Position numbers and translations under genes: made by a program
In this document: positions 20,311 to 30,370 of the stretch, piece after piece
How positions within the stretch are numbered: the first letter of the stretch is position 1
Layout: each line of letters begins with the position of its first letter
Notes under the pieces: model-generated
What the model was told of the DNA's origin: nothing
The model's input: only the letters and a program-made list of their open reading frames with translations
Databases searched by the model: none
Assembly (NCBI GenBank): GCA_965652935.1
Contig: CBFGXU010000001.1
Span: forward strand, 1 to 46,635
Length of the DNA: 46,635 nt
Source: an uncultured Nitrosomonas sp.
Lineage (GTDB): Bacteria > Pseudomonadota > Gammaproteobacteria > Burkholderiales > Nitrosomonadaceae
Reading direction: 5' to 3'

Positions 20311-20907
20311 TTATTTATTCAGGTAAAGATTAACCTCAAGGCGAACTTCGAGTTTCTCAGAGGTTACGTTTTCACGTTTAATCGCAATTGCAGAAATTGC
20401 CATTGCCGGAATGATTTCAAGCGCATCCGCTATAAAAGCGCGTATTTGTGGATAACTACCCCTGATCGGCAGGATCATCTCATAACGCGCCAGGCGTGCA
20501 TCACTTTCATTGATCAGGCGGTATTCACTGCTGCTGAGCTCTACGTTTTGTTTTTTAGCGATACGTACTAATTCCCGAATCCAGAAAGGGGAAGAATCGA
20601 TGCGAGGAAAAAAGTCATAAAACGCTTGCAGCGCTTGATCGCCGCTCATTTTCTTCCCAGCTTCCGAATCAGCCGGCGTTTGTTTTGATAAAGCTTGTGC
20701 TTGTAATATTTCAGCACGCTCTTTCAGCTTCTCCAGGATAGATTCTTGCGGTAAAACTGCCGAGAAAAAGTAGATACTGGTAGCCACCAGCAGGCCCACA
20801 CCGAGTTTACCGATTGTTCCCAAACGCCCGATGTGCCAGCGAAGCTGCGGCACCAGCCGGTTCAATTGTGTCTGTAGTGTTTCAGTTTTCAATAAATTCC
20901 AATCCAT
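20311..20907 (-). CDS. GspM/PilO-like assembly protein
   Basis: Single TM helix, coiled coil, LPIRGSYPQIRAFI. Confidence 0.75.
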   Translation of the reverse strand: MDWNLLKTETLQTQLNRLVPQLRWHIGRLGTIGKLGVGLLVATSIYFFSAVLPQESILEKLKERAEILQAQALSKQTPADSEAGKKMSGDQALQAFYDFFPRIDSSPFWIRELVRIAKKQNVELSSSEYRLINESDARLARYEMILPIRGSYPQIRAFIADALEIIPAMAISAIAIKRENVTSEKLEVRLEVNLYLNK

Positions 20908-21437
20908 GCGGCTGTCAGCAGGAAAACAATCGGTCGATGCGGATTGTCCTGTTTTACTTTGTAGTTGAGTAAGTGCACATTCTCAAACACCGATTCACGT
21001 TCAAGTGCTTCCACAAAATCAAGCAACTCGGACATATTCTTGGCCTCGCCATTGATTCGCAGTGTCCGGTTGGACACATTTGGCTGCAGTGATAATAACG
21101 CGATTTCCTCAGTCGCAGCAGACTCGATTGAATCAAATAATGTTTCCCAAGGTAAATTGATTTGATCCAGTATCACATTGGCCTGAGTGATTTCTTTACG
21201 GATTTCCTGGCCAAATTCTTTGATCCGTGATGTTGCGCGTGTACGCGGCGCAGCTTTTTGCTGCTGCTGTTTTTCTAAGCGTTCGACGCGATTATTCCAG
21301 TAATTCACTTCTTCCGTAATGTGCCGGTATTGCAAAACCATGCCGGCTAAAACCAACAGGCCGACGAGCAGTATTGAGAAATCCACATAAGGCATTGACT
21401 GCTCTTGATAAGGAAATTTTAATCTTAAGCGGGGCAT
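20889..21437 (-). CDS. PilN/GspL-periplasmic-like assembly protein
   Basis: TM helix, PWETLFDSIE, LRINGEAKN. Start moved to the ATG at 21437. Confidence 0.75.
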   Translation of the reverse strand: MPRLRLKFPYQEQSMPYVDFSILLVGLLVLAGMVLQYRHITEEVNYWNNRVERLEKQQQQKAAPRTRATSRIKEFGQEIRKEITQANVILDQINLPWETLFDSIESAATEEIALLSLQPNVSNRTLRINGEAKNMSELLDFVEALERESVFENVHLLNYKVKQDNPHRPIVFLLTAAWIGIY

Positions 21438-22258
21438 TGATCCATCTCGGAATGATTGGCAAGCGCGGATGGGTAATGCGCCAATACGGGTATCTGCTGA
21501 GTGAGTATCGGAGCCATGCGCCATCCGCAATGAGCGGGCAAAGTAAGCCCAGGATGCTCAGGTGCAAATACGTGTACTAATTCGACAGCTTCTTTGTTTC
21601 CCAAAAAAATCGCTTCCTGATCCAGTGCAGCAAGCAGTTCATCGGCCACACTATGTGAAATCCGCTGATTGCGGATACTATGCCAGACTCCATTAACCAA
21701 TAAGGCAATACATATCCGTCCACTTTCTATCACAGCAAGATAGGTCTTGGTGGCACTCAGCAGCTTATACCAGTGGTCATACACGGAGGCCAAATAAGGC
21801 TCGATGTCTTTGAGCTTACATTGATAATGGGCTGCCACCTCTTCCAGTCGCACCATCAGATCACGGGGTATCGCCGCACAAATAGCGCCATTGATCGGAT
21901 TCCATTCACTGACACTGAGTATCCACGAGTCGGCATGCCCAGCATAAACTTCACGTATCCGGAAAGTGGCGTAGGACTTTACTTCTTCTGGCGTTGCGAT
22001 TTCCGGTTGGGGAGGAAGCGTCACATAGCGAACAAAGTGATTGGATAGCGTGATTGCCAATTCGGTGCCAGCTGCATCAGCCAGGTTCTTTTCTAATTGT
22101 TGTAACGCCGATTGCCAGACCGGCGCACCTTGAGCGCGCTCGCACAGGGTATTCACCTTAGCGACCTGCACAGGTTTGAAGCCGCGCAAGAAACGCACTA
22201 AATTGACCCGCTCAGGGGCTAGAAAAACCTGAATCTGATCACGCCACAATCGTGACAC
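21425..22258 (-). CDS. PilM/GspL-cytoplasmic-like protein
   Basis: Position between the ATPase and the PilN-like gene; LSNHFVRY motif; soluble. The true start may be the GTG near 22255-22258. Confidence 0.6.
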   Translation of the reverse strand: MSRLWRDQIQVFLAPERVNLVRFLRGFKPVQVAKVNTLCERAQGAPVWQSALQQLEKNLADAAGTELAITLSNHFVRYVTLPPQPEIATPEEVKSYATFRIREVYAGHADSWILSVSEWNPINGAICAAIPRDLMVRLEEVAAHYQCKLKDIEPYLASVYDHWYKLLSATKTYLAVIESGRICIALLVNGVWHSIRNQRISHSVADELLAALDQEAIFLGNKEAVELVHVFAPEHPGLTLPAHCGWRMAPILTQQIPVLAHYPSALANHSEMDQCPA

Positions 22259-23930
22259 GATTGGCCTCCTCTAAGCTGGTCAATCCTTGTTTGACCATAT
22301 CTAAAGCGGCTTCCCGCAGAAAACGAGTACCATTGTTTTTTGCCGCTTCTTTGATGCGGCGTATCGGCTCCTGCGCTACAATGAGTTCGCGAATTTCATC
22401 GTTCAGAATCAGAATCTCAGCAATTGCATTTCTTCCCCGGTAGCCACTTCCCCGGCATTGACCGCAACCTTTTCCACTGCGAAACCTGAATTGATCAGCT
22501 TCGTCGGATGCAATACCGGATTCTGCAATCTGTTGATCATTCGGGCGCTCATCTACTGAGCAATGCGGACATAACAAGCGCACTAATCGTTGGGCAGCGA
22601 TCCCATTCAAAGCGGATACAAAGCTATAGGGGTCCACACCCATATGCGAGAATCGCCCAATCACATCGAATACATTATTGGCGTGTACCGTCGTAAAAAC
22701 CAGATGTCCAGTCAGCGCAGCCTGGATGGCAATTTGTGCGGTTTCAGCATCACGAATTTCGCCCACCATGATCTTATCTGGATCATGGCGCAGAATTGAG
22801 CGTAATCCACGTGCAAAAGTCAGTCCCTTCTTTTCATTTACCGGGATTTGCAACACACCGGATAGCTGATATTCAATCGGATCTTCGATAGTAATAATCT
22901 TGTCACTGCCTTTATTTACTTCAGATATCGCGGCATACAGCGACGTCGTTTTGCCGCTGCCGGTTGGACCCGTCACCAACAACATGCCGTAAGGTTCCGA
23001 GCTCAGGCGGCGAATACTCGCGATAGCCGCCGGATTAAAGCCCAATTGATTTAATGTCAGTCCTTCAATTTGGTCCGATAATGCTTGCCGGTCAAGAATA
23101 CGCAGTACCGCATCCTCACCGAAAATGCTGGGCATAATGGAGACACGAAAATCAATTTCCCGCCCCTGGATAGAAATTTTGAAACGGCCATCTTGGGGCA
23201 CCCGTCGTTCAGCAATATCCAATTCCGACATGACCTTAATTCGGGATATGACTTGCTCAGCCAAGTCTGCGCCTTGTATCACACCGATCGAGGTTAATAC
23301 CCCATCAATGCGGTATTTGATCGAAAGCGCGCCCGGGGTCATTTCCAGGTGAATGTCACTGGCCTGGGATTTGTGGGCATCGTACAGCGTGGAATGAACC
23401 AATCGCACGACCCGACTGGTGCCTTCATTGATGCTTTTCAGCGATAAATCTTCAATACCGCTCTGAATCTTGTCCAGCTCGGCAGAGGGCAATACCTGAT
23501 CCATGGCGCGCATGGTTTTTTCTTGCTGCGCAAAAAAAGCAGTCAGGTCAGCCGGATAGACTAAATACCACTCAACCGGCATATCAAAGCGTTCTTCCGC
23601 CCAGGCGCGTAATTTGCTTGAGAATGGGTTACTGACAGCGAGTAAATAGCCTTGCTCCCGGCGAAATAATGCACATTCATGCATCATCGCTTCTGCGAAG
23701 GGCAGCAGATCAAACGCTGGACTAAGGGTATGGATTGCTTTCATCTCCATTACCGGCATGTGAAGCAATTGCCCTAACTGTTGCGTCAGTTCATGTGGCG
23801 TATAACCATTCGTTTCTTCCAGTACTTGCATGACGGAAACACCCTGGCTGAGCGCTTTCTGCCGCGCATCAGCCAGACGATTGATATCAATCGGCGGTTT
23901 GTTTTCGGATGATGTGACTGCCTCGATCAA
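22239..23930 (-). CDS. gspE: GspE/PilB secretion ATPase
   Basis: ASDIHLE, PQDGRF, GPTGSGKTT, TIEDPIEY, RHDPDKIMVGEIRD, two CxxC. Confidence 0.93.
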   Translation of the reverse strand: MIEAVTSSENKPPIDINRLADARQKALSQGVSVMQVLEETNGYTPHELTQQLGQLLHMPVMEMKAIHTLSPAFDLLPFAEAMMHECALFRREQGYLLAVSNPFSSKLRAWAEERFDMPVEWYLVYPADLTAFFAQQEKTMRAMDQVLPSAELDKIQSGIEDLSLKSINEGTSRVVRLVHSTLYDAHKSQASDIHLEMTPGALSIKYRIDGVLTSIGVIQGADLAEQVISRIKVMSELDIAERRVPQDGRFKISIQGREIDFRVSIMPSIFGEDAVLRILDRQALSDQIEGLTLNQLGFNPAAIASIRRLSSEPYGMLLVTGPTGSGKTTSLYAAISEVNKGSDKIITIEDPIEYQLSGVLQIPVNEKKGLTFARGLRSILRHDPDKIMVGEIRDAETAQIAIQAALTGHLVFTTVHANNVFDVIGRFSHMGVDPYSFVSALNGIAAQRLVRLLCPHCSVDERPNDQQIAESGIASDEADQFRFRSGKGCGQCRGSGYRGRNAIAEILILNDEIRELIVAQEPIRRIKEAAKNNGTRFLREAALDMVKQGLTSLEEANRVTIVA

Positions 23931-25111
23931 TTGATGCTTCCAGCCAATTCAAATATTGGCATATACATGAGAATAATAATGCCACCGATCACAATACCAA
24001 TAACTGCCATCAGTAGCGGTTCAATCAGTTTGGTGGTCCATTCCACCCAACGGGCGATTTCTTCATCGTGAAAATTGCCTATTCGCTCCATCATATCTCC
24101 CATTAAACCCGTCCGTTCACCCACCCGAAGCATGCGATTACCAACGGCGGTTGTTAATCCTTCTAACTCCATGGCGCTGGAAATTGTTTTGCCTTCACGG
24201 ATATGCTTGGCGGCAGCTGCCACTTTGGGTCGGAAATGCGTTTGCAGCAAGCCGCTGACCATTTCCAGTGCTTGCGTTATGGGAATTCCGCCGCGCAGCA
24301 ACATCCCCAGCGTTTTGTAAAAACGGGCTAATTGATACACACGCATATGTTCACCAACCGCTGGGATACGCCATAATAAACGTAGCACATTGGCTCGAAA
24401 TGCTGGCCGTGTGACTGAATAAATGATTGCTGTAACTATAACTCCCGTCACAATGGCTAATTCCCAGCCGCGTTCGTCAACAAAATGCCCCCATTTAATC
24501 AGTAACAATGAAAGCCACGGCAAATCACTGCCCATATCATCATAGATCGCACTGAATTTCGGAACTACAAATACCAGTAAAAAAATGGAAACCAGAAAGC
24601 CGACTACCAGCAACAAAACAGGATATATAGAGGCCCCTATCAGTTTTTTGCGTACAAAATCCATTTGTGTCTGATAGGAAATAAACCGTGTCAAAGCTTC
24701 CGGCAGATCACCCGTACGCTCGCTGGCGCGAATGGTTGCAATATAGAGAGGGGGAAATGCTTCGGGATATTCCTCCAGTGCTTGCGAGAAAGTGACACCT
24801 TCATAAAGTCTTGCAAGAATATTCTGAATAATCTTGCGATTACTGGCATCCTGTTCTTTTTCCAGCAAAGTTTCGATACTTTCCACCAGGCTGAGTCCCG
24901 CCGTCTGTAAGGAAAGCAATTCCTGGCTGAAATGAACCAACGGAAAATGAGTGCTCGATTTCAATGACAAGCCTGAAAAGCTTCGCCGCACACTTAAAAC
25001 CATGCCGCCCTGTTCAATGACCTGAAGGCGCGCTTCTTCCTCATTGCTGGCTTCCAGTTCAAGATGTACAGTACCTTTCCCAGACAGTACCGCTTTCACT
25101 TCATATCGCAT
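23927..25111 (-). CDS. gspF: GspF/PilC inner-membrane platform protein
   Basis: ASERTGDL, YPVLLL, VGERTG, LIEPLLM, MYMPIFEL. Confidence 0.93.
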   Translation of the reverse strand: MRYEVKAVLSGKGTVHLELEASNEEEARLQVIEQGGMVLSVRRSFSGLSLKSSTHFPLVHFSQELLSLQTAGLSLVESIETLLEKEQDASNRKIIQNILARLYEGVTFSQALEEYPEAFPPLYIATIRASERTGDLPEALTRFISYQTQMDFVRKKLIGASIYPVLLLVVGFLVSIFLLVFVVPKFSAIYDDMGSDLPWLSLLLIKWGHFVDERGWELAIVTGVIVTAIIYSVTRPAFRANVLRLLWRIPAVGEHMRVYQLARFYKTLGMLLRGGIPITQALEMVSGLLQTHFRPKVAAAAKHIREGKTISSAMELEGLTTAVGNRMLRVGERTGLMGDMMERIGNFHDEEIARWVEWTTKLIEPLLMAVIGIVIGGIIILMYMPIFELAGSIN

Positions 25112-25122
25112 GGGACTAATAA

Positions 25123-25557
25123 TTACCAGTTTTTGATATCAGCTGCTTCACCTTCACCGCCTGGTTGTCCATCTTTCCCATAAGAAAGCAGATCAAATTC
25201 TGCACGTTCACCAGGATATTTATAAACATAAGGGCGGCCCCACGGGTCGGATGGTGGCATTTTTGCCAGATACGGCCCTTGCCATCGTGATTCATTACTG
25301 GGGCGGGTTACCAGCGCGGCTAATCCTTGCTCAGTGGCTGGATAGCTTCCCACATCCAGACGATATTGATGCAATGCTTTTTCTAATGCATCAATTTGAG
25401 CCTGAGCCATTTTGATTTCTGATTTACCTACTTGGGAAAAGTATTTGGGTCCAACATAGGCGGCAAGCAAACCAATAATCACCATCACAACGAGCAACTC
25501 AAGTAGTGTAAATCCACGGATGGCTTTTGCCTTTTGCTGCCTGATCGAATACTTCAT
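25123..25557 (-). CDS. gspG: Major pseudopilin GspG
   Basis: RG|FTLLELLVV, YRLDVGSYP, WQGPYL, DPWGRPY, YGKDGQPGGEG. Confidence 0.95.
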   Translation of the reverse strand: MKYSIRQQKAKAIRGFTLLELLVVMVIIGLLAAYVGPKYFSQVGKSEIKMAQAQIDALEKALHQYRLDVGSYPATEQGLAALVTRPSNESRWQGPYLAKMPPSDPWGRPYVYKYPGERAEFDLLSYGKDGQPGGEGEAADIKNW

Positions 25558-25706
25558 ATTTGTCCTCTAACTTAAGAAATTACTGATCATTTTACTCTTG
25601 AGTAAATAGATAGTTACCATTCAATATGACATGGTAAGTGGCTTATATTACAGGGTCAAGACTGCGTATATATCATAAATACCGGAATTTTACCCGCTCA
25701 AAATCG

Positions 25707-26390
25707 CTAGCGCCGAAGAATCGCCCACCATCGACCGATATTGAGTAATGTCATGAGAGAAGCTGAGACATAAGTCCAGGCTGCCGCACGCAAAATTCTG
25801 CGCGCATGAGGCTCATCTCCATGAATCAGATACTTGCCTTGCTCCAGCATCGGTAAGGCGCGCGCAAAGCTGGCGTGCAATTCCATCGGTAGGGTAACCA
25901 AATGAATGATGGTTGCCGTACCCAGCGTCAACAAGCCGCCGAGCAGAAACAATATACCTGCGCTAGGCGACCGGGTAGCAGCAGTAATGACGGGTGCAGC
26001 CATCATGATTGCCGCGCCCAGCTTCTCAGCCGGAGCAGCTAGCTGAACCAATCGCGTGCGCAGTTTTAAGGGCAGATAGCCATCCCGATCTTGGATGGCG
26101 TGACCTACTTCATGAGCCGCAACCGTGATCGCAGTGAGCGATTTACCGTTAAATTTATCCGGTGTCAGACGAACTGCTTTTGCTAGCGGATCATAATGAT
26201 CGCCATGCTCAGTGACCTCTACCCTGACCGCCTGCAAATTGGCCCAATCCAATAAAATACGCGCTAATTCACCACCTGTGCCTGGATAACGATTTTCTGG
26301 ATGGCTGTACTTCGCAAGAATATGCTTCACCCAGTAAGTGGGCCCAACAATGAGCACCATCAAAAAGGCTATGAGTATTAAGTAAGACAT
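25707..26390 (-). CDS. Membrane neutral zinc metallopeptidase (YugP-like)
   Basis: GDHYDP, VAAHEVGHAIQ, TLPMELHAS, LRAAAWTYV. Confidence 0.88.
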   Translation of the reverse strand: MSYLILIAFLMVLIVGPTYWVKHILAKYSHPENRYPGTGGELARILLDWANLQAVRVEVTEHGDHYDPLAKAVRLTPDKFNGKSLTAITVAAHEVGHAIQDRDGYLPLKLRTRLVQLAAPAEKLGAAIMMAAPVITAATRSPSAGILFLLGGLLTLGTATIIHLVTLPMELHASFARALPMLEQGKYLIHGDEPHARRILRAAAWTYVSASLMTLLNIGRWWAILRR

Positions 26391-26539
26391 GTTCTATTCA
26401 AGAGCATTTTAAACGCGAAGAGAAAATTCATAGAATGATTTTCTCGAAAAAAATTGCTGTTAATCAGATATCCATATGAATAATTGGTTCCATTATGCGT
26501 CAGGCCGATAAATTGTTATAGATTTCCCGCTGTGTTCGA

Positions 26540-26712
26540 AATAACAGTTATTGAGCGGCTGCCCGACTGCCCAGATAACCTGATGCGCGGCCTTGACGGT
26601 AAAATCTGGCTCGGCTTCGCCAAGCCGCGCAAGCCGGCTCTCGATGCCAGGAGCGATATGCCATTCTGCCCAAAGTACCGGGTGGCTATCGCCTTAGCAT
26701 ACGATTCTGAAA
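26540..26712 (+). pseudogene. Strictosidine-synthase/SMP-30 family gene fragment
   Basis: IERLPDCPDNLMRGLDGKIWLGFAKPR resembles the conserved LPGYPDN....DGRIW block; no flanking domain sequence. Confidence 0.6.
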
Positions 26713-27252
26713 TCAACGCTTCAAAACATAACGCCGATATTCGCAGTTACCCACATAAATATCCCGCAATTGCTCATCCTCAACGCCTCCCTCAAAGTAA
26801 GCGACAAATACCCGCATCGTTTCTTCATGGACAACCACCAACAGGGTTTTATCCTGCTGCACTTTTAACCAGTCGATAAAACGCAAAACGCGCTGCTTGT
26901 GATCCAACAATGATTCTCCGCCATTCACGCGCCTGCGCAACGGATCCTGAGCAATTGCAGCAAAATAGTCGGATACCGGCCTGCCATCAAATCCTGAACG
27001 AATATCGGCAAGATCCGCATGCACCTCAATCGGCACAGCATGATACCTATTCACAATTTCCGCTGTTTGGCGCGTACGTGGCAGCGGTGAAACCAGAATA
27101 CGCTCAAATGCCACCTCACGCAGCGCCAGCGCTGCCGACTGGGCCTGTTCTATGCCGGTTTTTGTCAGATACACATCCCGGGTCGGGTCATCGTTGCACA
27201 AACCCAGGTCATTATAATTAGTGCACCCATGGCGCATGCAGTAGATGTGCAT
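26713..27252 (-). CDS. Histidine phosphatase (PGAM-like)
   Basis: MRHG, SPLPRTRQTA, GGESL, VVVH. Confidence 0.9.
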   Translation of the reverse strand: MHIYCMRHGCTNYNDLGLCNDDPTRDVYLTKTGIEQAQSAALALREVAFERILVSPLPRTRQTAEIVNRYHAVPIEVHADLADIRSGFDGRPVSDYFAAIAQDPLRRRVNGGESLLDHKQRVLRFIDWLKVQQDKTLLVVVHEETMRVFVAYFEGGVEDEQLRDIYVGNCEYRRYVLKR

Positions 27253-27341
27253 TGTTGCCTGTTAAATTGAGCTAAAAAACCACACTGGGTTGCAAAACCC
27301 GATCCCCTGGCTGCCGACCCGACCCTCCATGTTCACAGTCG

Positions 27342-27740
27342 CTATAATTTTTCTACACAATCAACCAGTTCGGAATAACTCGCCAGCGTAGCATCAGCAG
27401 TTATAAAGCGCGCAGGCATCGCTAATGCCTGAGCAATTAATAAGCGATCAAACGGATCTGTGTGAAGCATCGGCAAATGCACAACGCCTGCCGCATGCTC
27501 GGAAGAAACAGGTATCTCGACAAAGCCAGTTATTTCCGCACCATCAGCAATTTCCCTTGCTGAATAATGAAACTTGACTTTTCCCAATGCCGACTTAATG
27601 GCAATTTCCCAAATACTGGCTGCACTAAAATACACTTCGATTGACGGCGATTCCAGTTGCGCTCTCAGCGAATGTGGCAACCGCTCAGGCATATCCAGCG
27701 CCCATAACAGAATATGGGTGTCAAGCAACAGCCGCATCAC
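27342..27740 (-). CDS. vapC: PIN-domain toxin VapC
   Basis: LLLDTHILLW, SAASIWEIAIK, HTDPFDRLLIAQA, TAD. Confidence 0.93.
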   Translation of the reverse strand: MMRLLLDTHILLWALDMPERLPHSLRAQLESPSIEVYFSAASIWEIAIKSALGKVKFHYSAREIADGAEITGFVEIPVSSEHAAGVVHLPMLHTDPFDRLLIAQALAMPARFITADATLASYSELVDCVEKL

Positions 27741-28000
27741 AGGCTTTCAGTCGATGGTTCGATAACGCTCCCCCTAAATGACAGCAGCACATCATCGGGT
27801 AAGGCTGCATCAAAGTCTTCCGGTACATTCAACTGCCCATTGAACATACCCAAACTTCGACGGGAAGGTAAGCTGTGCAGCGGCACTAATTTGGCAATTG
27901 GCTTTCCAGCCCTGGCAATAATGATTTCCTCACCGGCCGCAGCCTTCTCGACAAATCGCGACAAATGCGTTTTAGCTTCATGAATATTGATAGTAATCAT
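27737..28000 (-). CDS. Phd/YefM antitoxin
   Basis: NIHEAKTHLSR...GEEIIIARAGKPIAKLVP; overlaps the toxin start. Confidence 0.93.
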   Translation of the reverse strand: MITINIHEAKTHLSRFVEKAAAGEEIIIARAGKPIAKLVPLHSLPSRRSLGMFNGQLNVPEDFDAALPDDVLLSFRGSVIEPSTESL

Positions 28001-28026
28001 ATCGGTATTCTCACCTCAAAGGGATT

Positions 28027-28050
28027 AACTTGACTAAGTTTAGTCAAGTT
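28027..28050. promoter_or_regulatory. TA autoregulatory operator (perfect 11-bp inverted repeat)
   Basis: AACTTGACTAA-gt-TTAGTCAAGTT, 27 bp before the antitoxin ATG. Confidence 0.75.
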
Positions 28051-28137
28051 GGATTTTCAAGTCAACCATTAACAAGCCGGAATGATACGATTGATGTGCT
28101 GGCGTTCCCCTATAGGAAAATCAATTCCTCGGCATCT

Positions 28138-29364
28138 CTACCCCGGCTTCCCGTCTACCCGCTGCCGCCAATAAATCGGCACAAACTTAACCGCCCAGAG
28201 CCCAAAGCAAACCAGCCAGACCAGTCCGGCAGCCATGTGTAACATCGGTTGTGCCATGGTTGGCAAAATATCCGCAAATATTCTGAACACGGCTGCTGCC
28301 TGGAAACCTAAAAACAGCAACCAAGTGAAACGATCCAGTTCCAAGGGGCGTCCGGAATGACCGAGGGTGACGCGTGAAGCCATCGCCAGGATCATGCCGG
28401 CAAAATAGCCAATTCCTAATGCATGCAACGGTGCCAAGCCGAACAGCAGGTTGCCGGACAGCATATATATCAGGCTCTGTGCCCCGTACAACATCATGGA
28501 TACACCCAGCCAGGCAAATGAAATGTGCAATACGGCCAGCAAGCTCACTTGGAAGCTGCGTAAAAATCCCCAGCGGTACGATAAATAAAATGCACACAGC
28601 GCCAAGGGGAAATCGACGATCCAGAGATAGGCCTGCATTTCCAACCACTGCAGGCAGCCGTGCGCAACGATACAAGCCAGCATCAACCACAGCATCCAGT
28701 AAGGCCTGACTATTTCATAATCTTCCAATACCCGGCTGGAGAAAAATGGAATCATACGGTGCGATACGGTCAGCACAATCGGCAGCAGAAAAAACCAGAC
28801 CCCGGCATGACGCGTAAAGTCCAGTACTGCCGGAACTTCGGTGACTATCCAGAATAAATATGCTGTCATACCCAGGCCGCCCATCAGTAAGGCAAGACTG
28901 GTTACCCAGGAATGTCGCTTGTCCTCAGCGGGTGTGAGCAGCAAAATGCGGAATAACACATAAACCGCGACGCCCCAGCCGGCCAGCATGATCTCTATGC
29001 CCATGATGATGATTATTTTGTGGGTCAGAAGACCTACATAAAATAATATGACCCCAAGCGCCATCAATAGGCTGGTAGTCATATATTCGCGCGGCTTTAC
29101 TTTGTCGCCATTCATCCAGCTGGGATACGTGGTAAACAGAAAACCAAAAATAAAAAAAGGAAAAAAACTATACATCATCAAGAAGGCATGCGCCCAGGCA
29201 GGAGCAATGACCCACGTTGTCGCTGACCCTGCAATGCCGTAACGGCCAGCCAGATCAAGCATCCACCAAAGCAGCGTCAGTACGCCCTGTAATGCACCCG
29301 CCAGAAACAAGCTGCGGTGCGGAGCAGCCGCGATATGATCACGAACAGTCAATTGTTTGCTCAT
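28138..29364 (-). CDS. nnrS: NnrS family protein
   Basis: APHRSLFL, HAFLM, GFLFT, RMIPFF, LHAL, RVTLGHSGR, C-terminal DGKPG. Confidence 0.9.
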   Translation of the reverse strand: MSKQLTVRDHIAAAPHRSLFLAGALQGVLTLLWWMLDLAGRYGIAGSATTWVIAPAWAHAFLMMYSFFPFFIFGFLFTTYPSWMNGDKVKPREYMTTSLLMALGVILFYVGLLTHKIIIIMGIEIMLAGWGVAVYVLFRILLLTPAEDKRHSWVTSLALLMGGLGMTAYLFWIVTEVPAVLDFTRHAGVWFFLLPIVLTVSHRMIPFFSSRVLEDYEIVRPYWMLWLMLACIVAHGCLQWLEMQAYLWIVDFPLALCAFYLSYRWGFLRSFQVSLLAVLHISFAWLGVSMMLYGAQSLIYMLSGNLLFGLAPLHALGIGYFAGMILAMASRVTLGHSGRPLELDRFTWLLFLGFQAAAVFRIFADILPTMAQPMLHMAAGLVWLVCFGLWAVKFVPIYWRQRVDGKPG

Positions 29365-29492
29365 TCTGATTCCTTATGAAACAATTCATTGATTGATGAA
29401 ACAAAGGATTTTAATTATCCAACGTGATAATTTCTCTTAAACCGGGTTATTTGCTATGATGCGTGTCCTGCTTTGCGCAATAGAATTGCTTC

Positions 29493-30341
29493 ATGCTCAA
29501 CATTGATTTGCATTGTCATTCCACCATTTCTGATGGTGTCCTGACACCCACACAACTGGTCGAACGCGCCGCCATACGAGGTGTGACCACGCTGGCCTTA
29601 ACTGATCATGACGATATCGCCGGGCTTGCAGAGGCGCGTCAAACAGCAGAGGCAAAAAATATCACCCTTATCAATGGCGTAGAAATATCCGTCAGCTGGC
29701 GGGGTCGTACATTGCACATTGTCGGACTGGATATTGATCCCGAGTATACGCCACTCATCGAGGGTCTGGCTACTATCCGTACCGGCCGTTCGCATCGTGC
29801 CGGAAATATCGCTCTCGAGCTGGCAAAAATCGGCATTCACGGCAGCCTGGAAGGCGCTTATGCGCATGTGGGCGAGCGGCGTTTAATCGGTCGCACCCAC
29901 TTTGCCCGTTTTCTGGTTGAGCAAGGCTATGCCAAAGACGTCAAATCAGTCTTTAAAAAATATCTTATCAAAGGTAAGCCAGGCTATGCGCCACATGAAT
30001 GGGCGGCTCTCGGCGATGCAATCAGCTGGATTCGCGGCAGCGGAGGCCGGGCGGTCATTGCGCACCCAGGGCGCTATGATTTAGGTAAAAATGTACTCCG
30101 TGATTTATTGGAAGAATTTTGCGCACTAGGTGGATCTGCCATTGAAGTCGTCACTTCAAGCCACACCCCTGAACAAGTCAAATATTTTGCACAATATGCC
30201 AAGAACATGAACTTACTGGTTTCCTGTGGCTCAGACTTCCATGGTCCTCAAGAAAGTCATTATGATTTAGGACAACTGCCCGAATTTCCGCTGGGATGTA
30301 CGCCTGTTTGGCATGACTGGGGAAGACAATGGCTGATTTAA
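29493..30341 (+). CDS. PHP-family phosphoesterase (YciV/TrpH-like)
   Basis: DLHCHSTISDG, LTDHD, GVEIS, AHP, GSDFHG. Confidence 0.9.
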   Translation: MLNIDLHCHSTISDGVLTPTQLVERAAIRGVTTLALTDHDDIAGLAEARQTAEAKNITLINGVEISVSWRGRTLHIVGLDIDPEYTPLIEGLATIRTGRSHRAGNIALELAKIGIHGSLEGAYAHVGERRLIGRTHFARFLVEQGYAKDVKSVFKKYLIKGKPGYAPHEWAALGDAISWIRGSGGRAVIAHPGRYDLGKNVLRDLLEEFCALGGSAIEVVTSSHTPEQVKYFAQYAKNMNLLVSCGSDFHGPQESHYDLGQLPEFPLGCTPVWHDWGRQWLI

Positions 30342-30370
30342 TACCCCTTTAATACGATACAGTCCTTGCT

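Noticed and set aside
29393-29406. TTGAT-gaaa-CAAAG as a DNR/NnrR box for nnrS
   Set aside because: Only one good half-site, and too close to the start codon for class II activation; not supportable.
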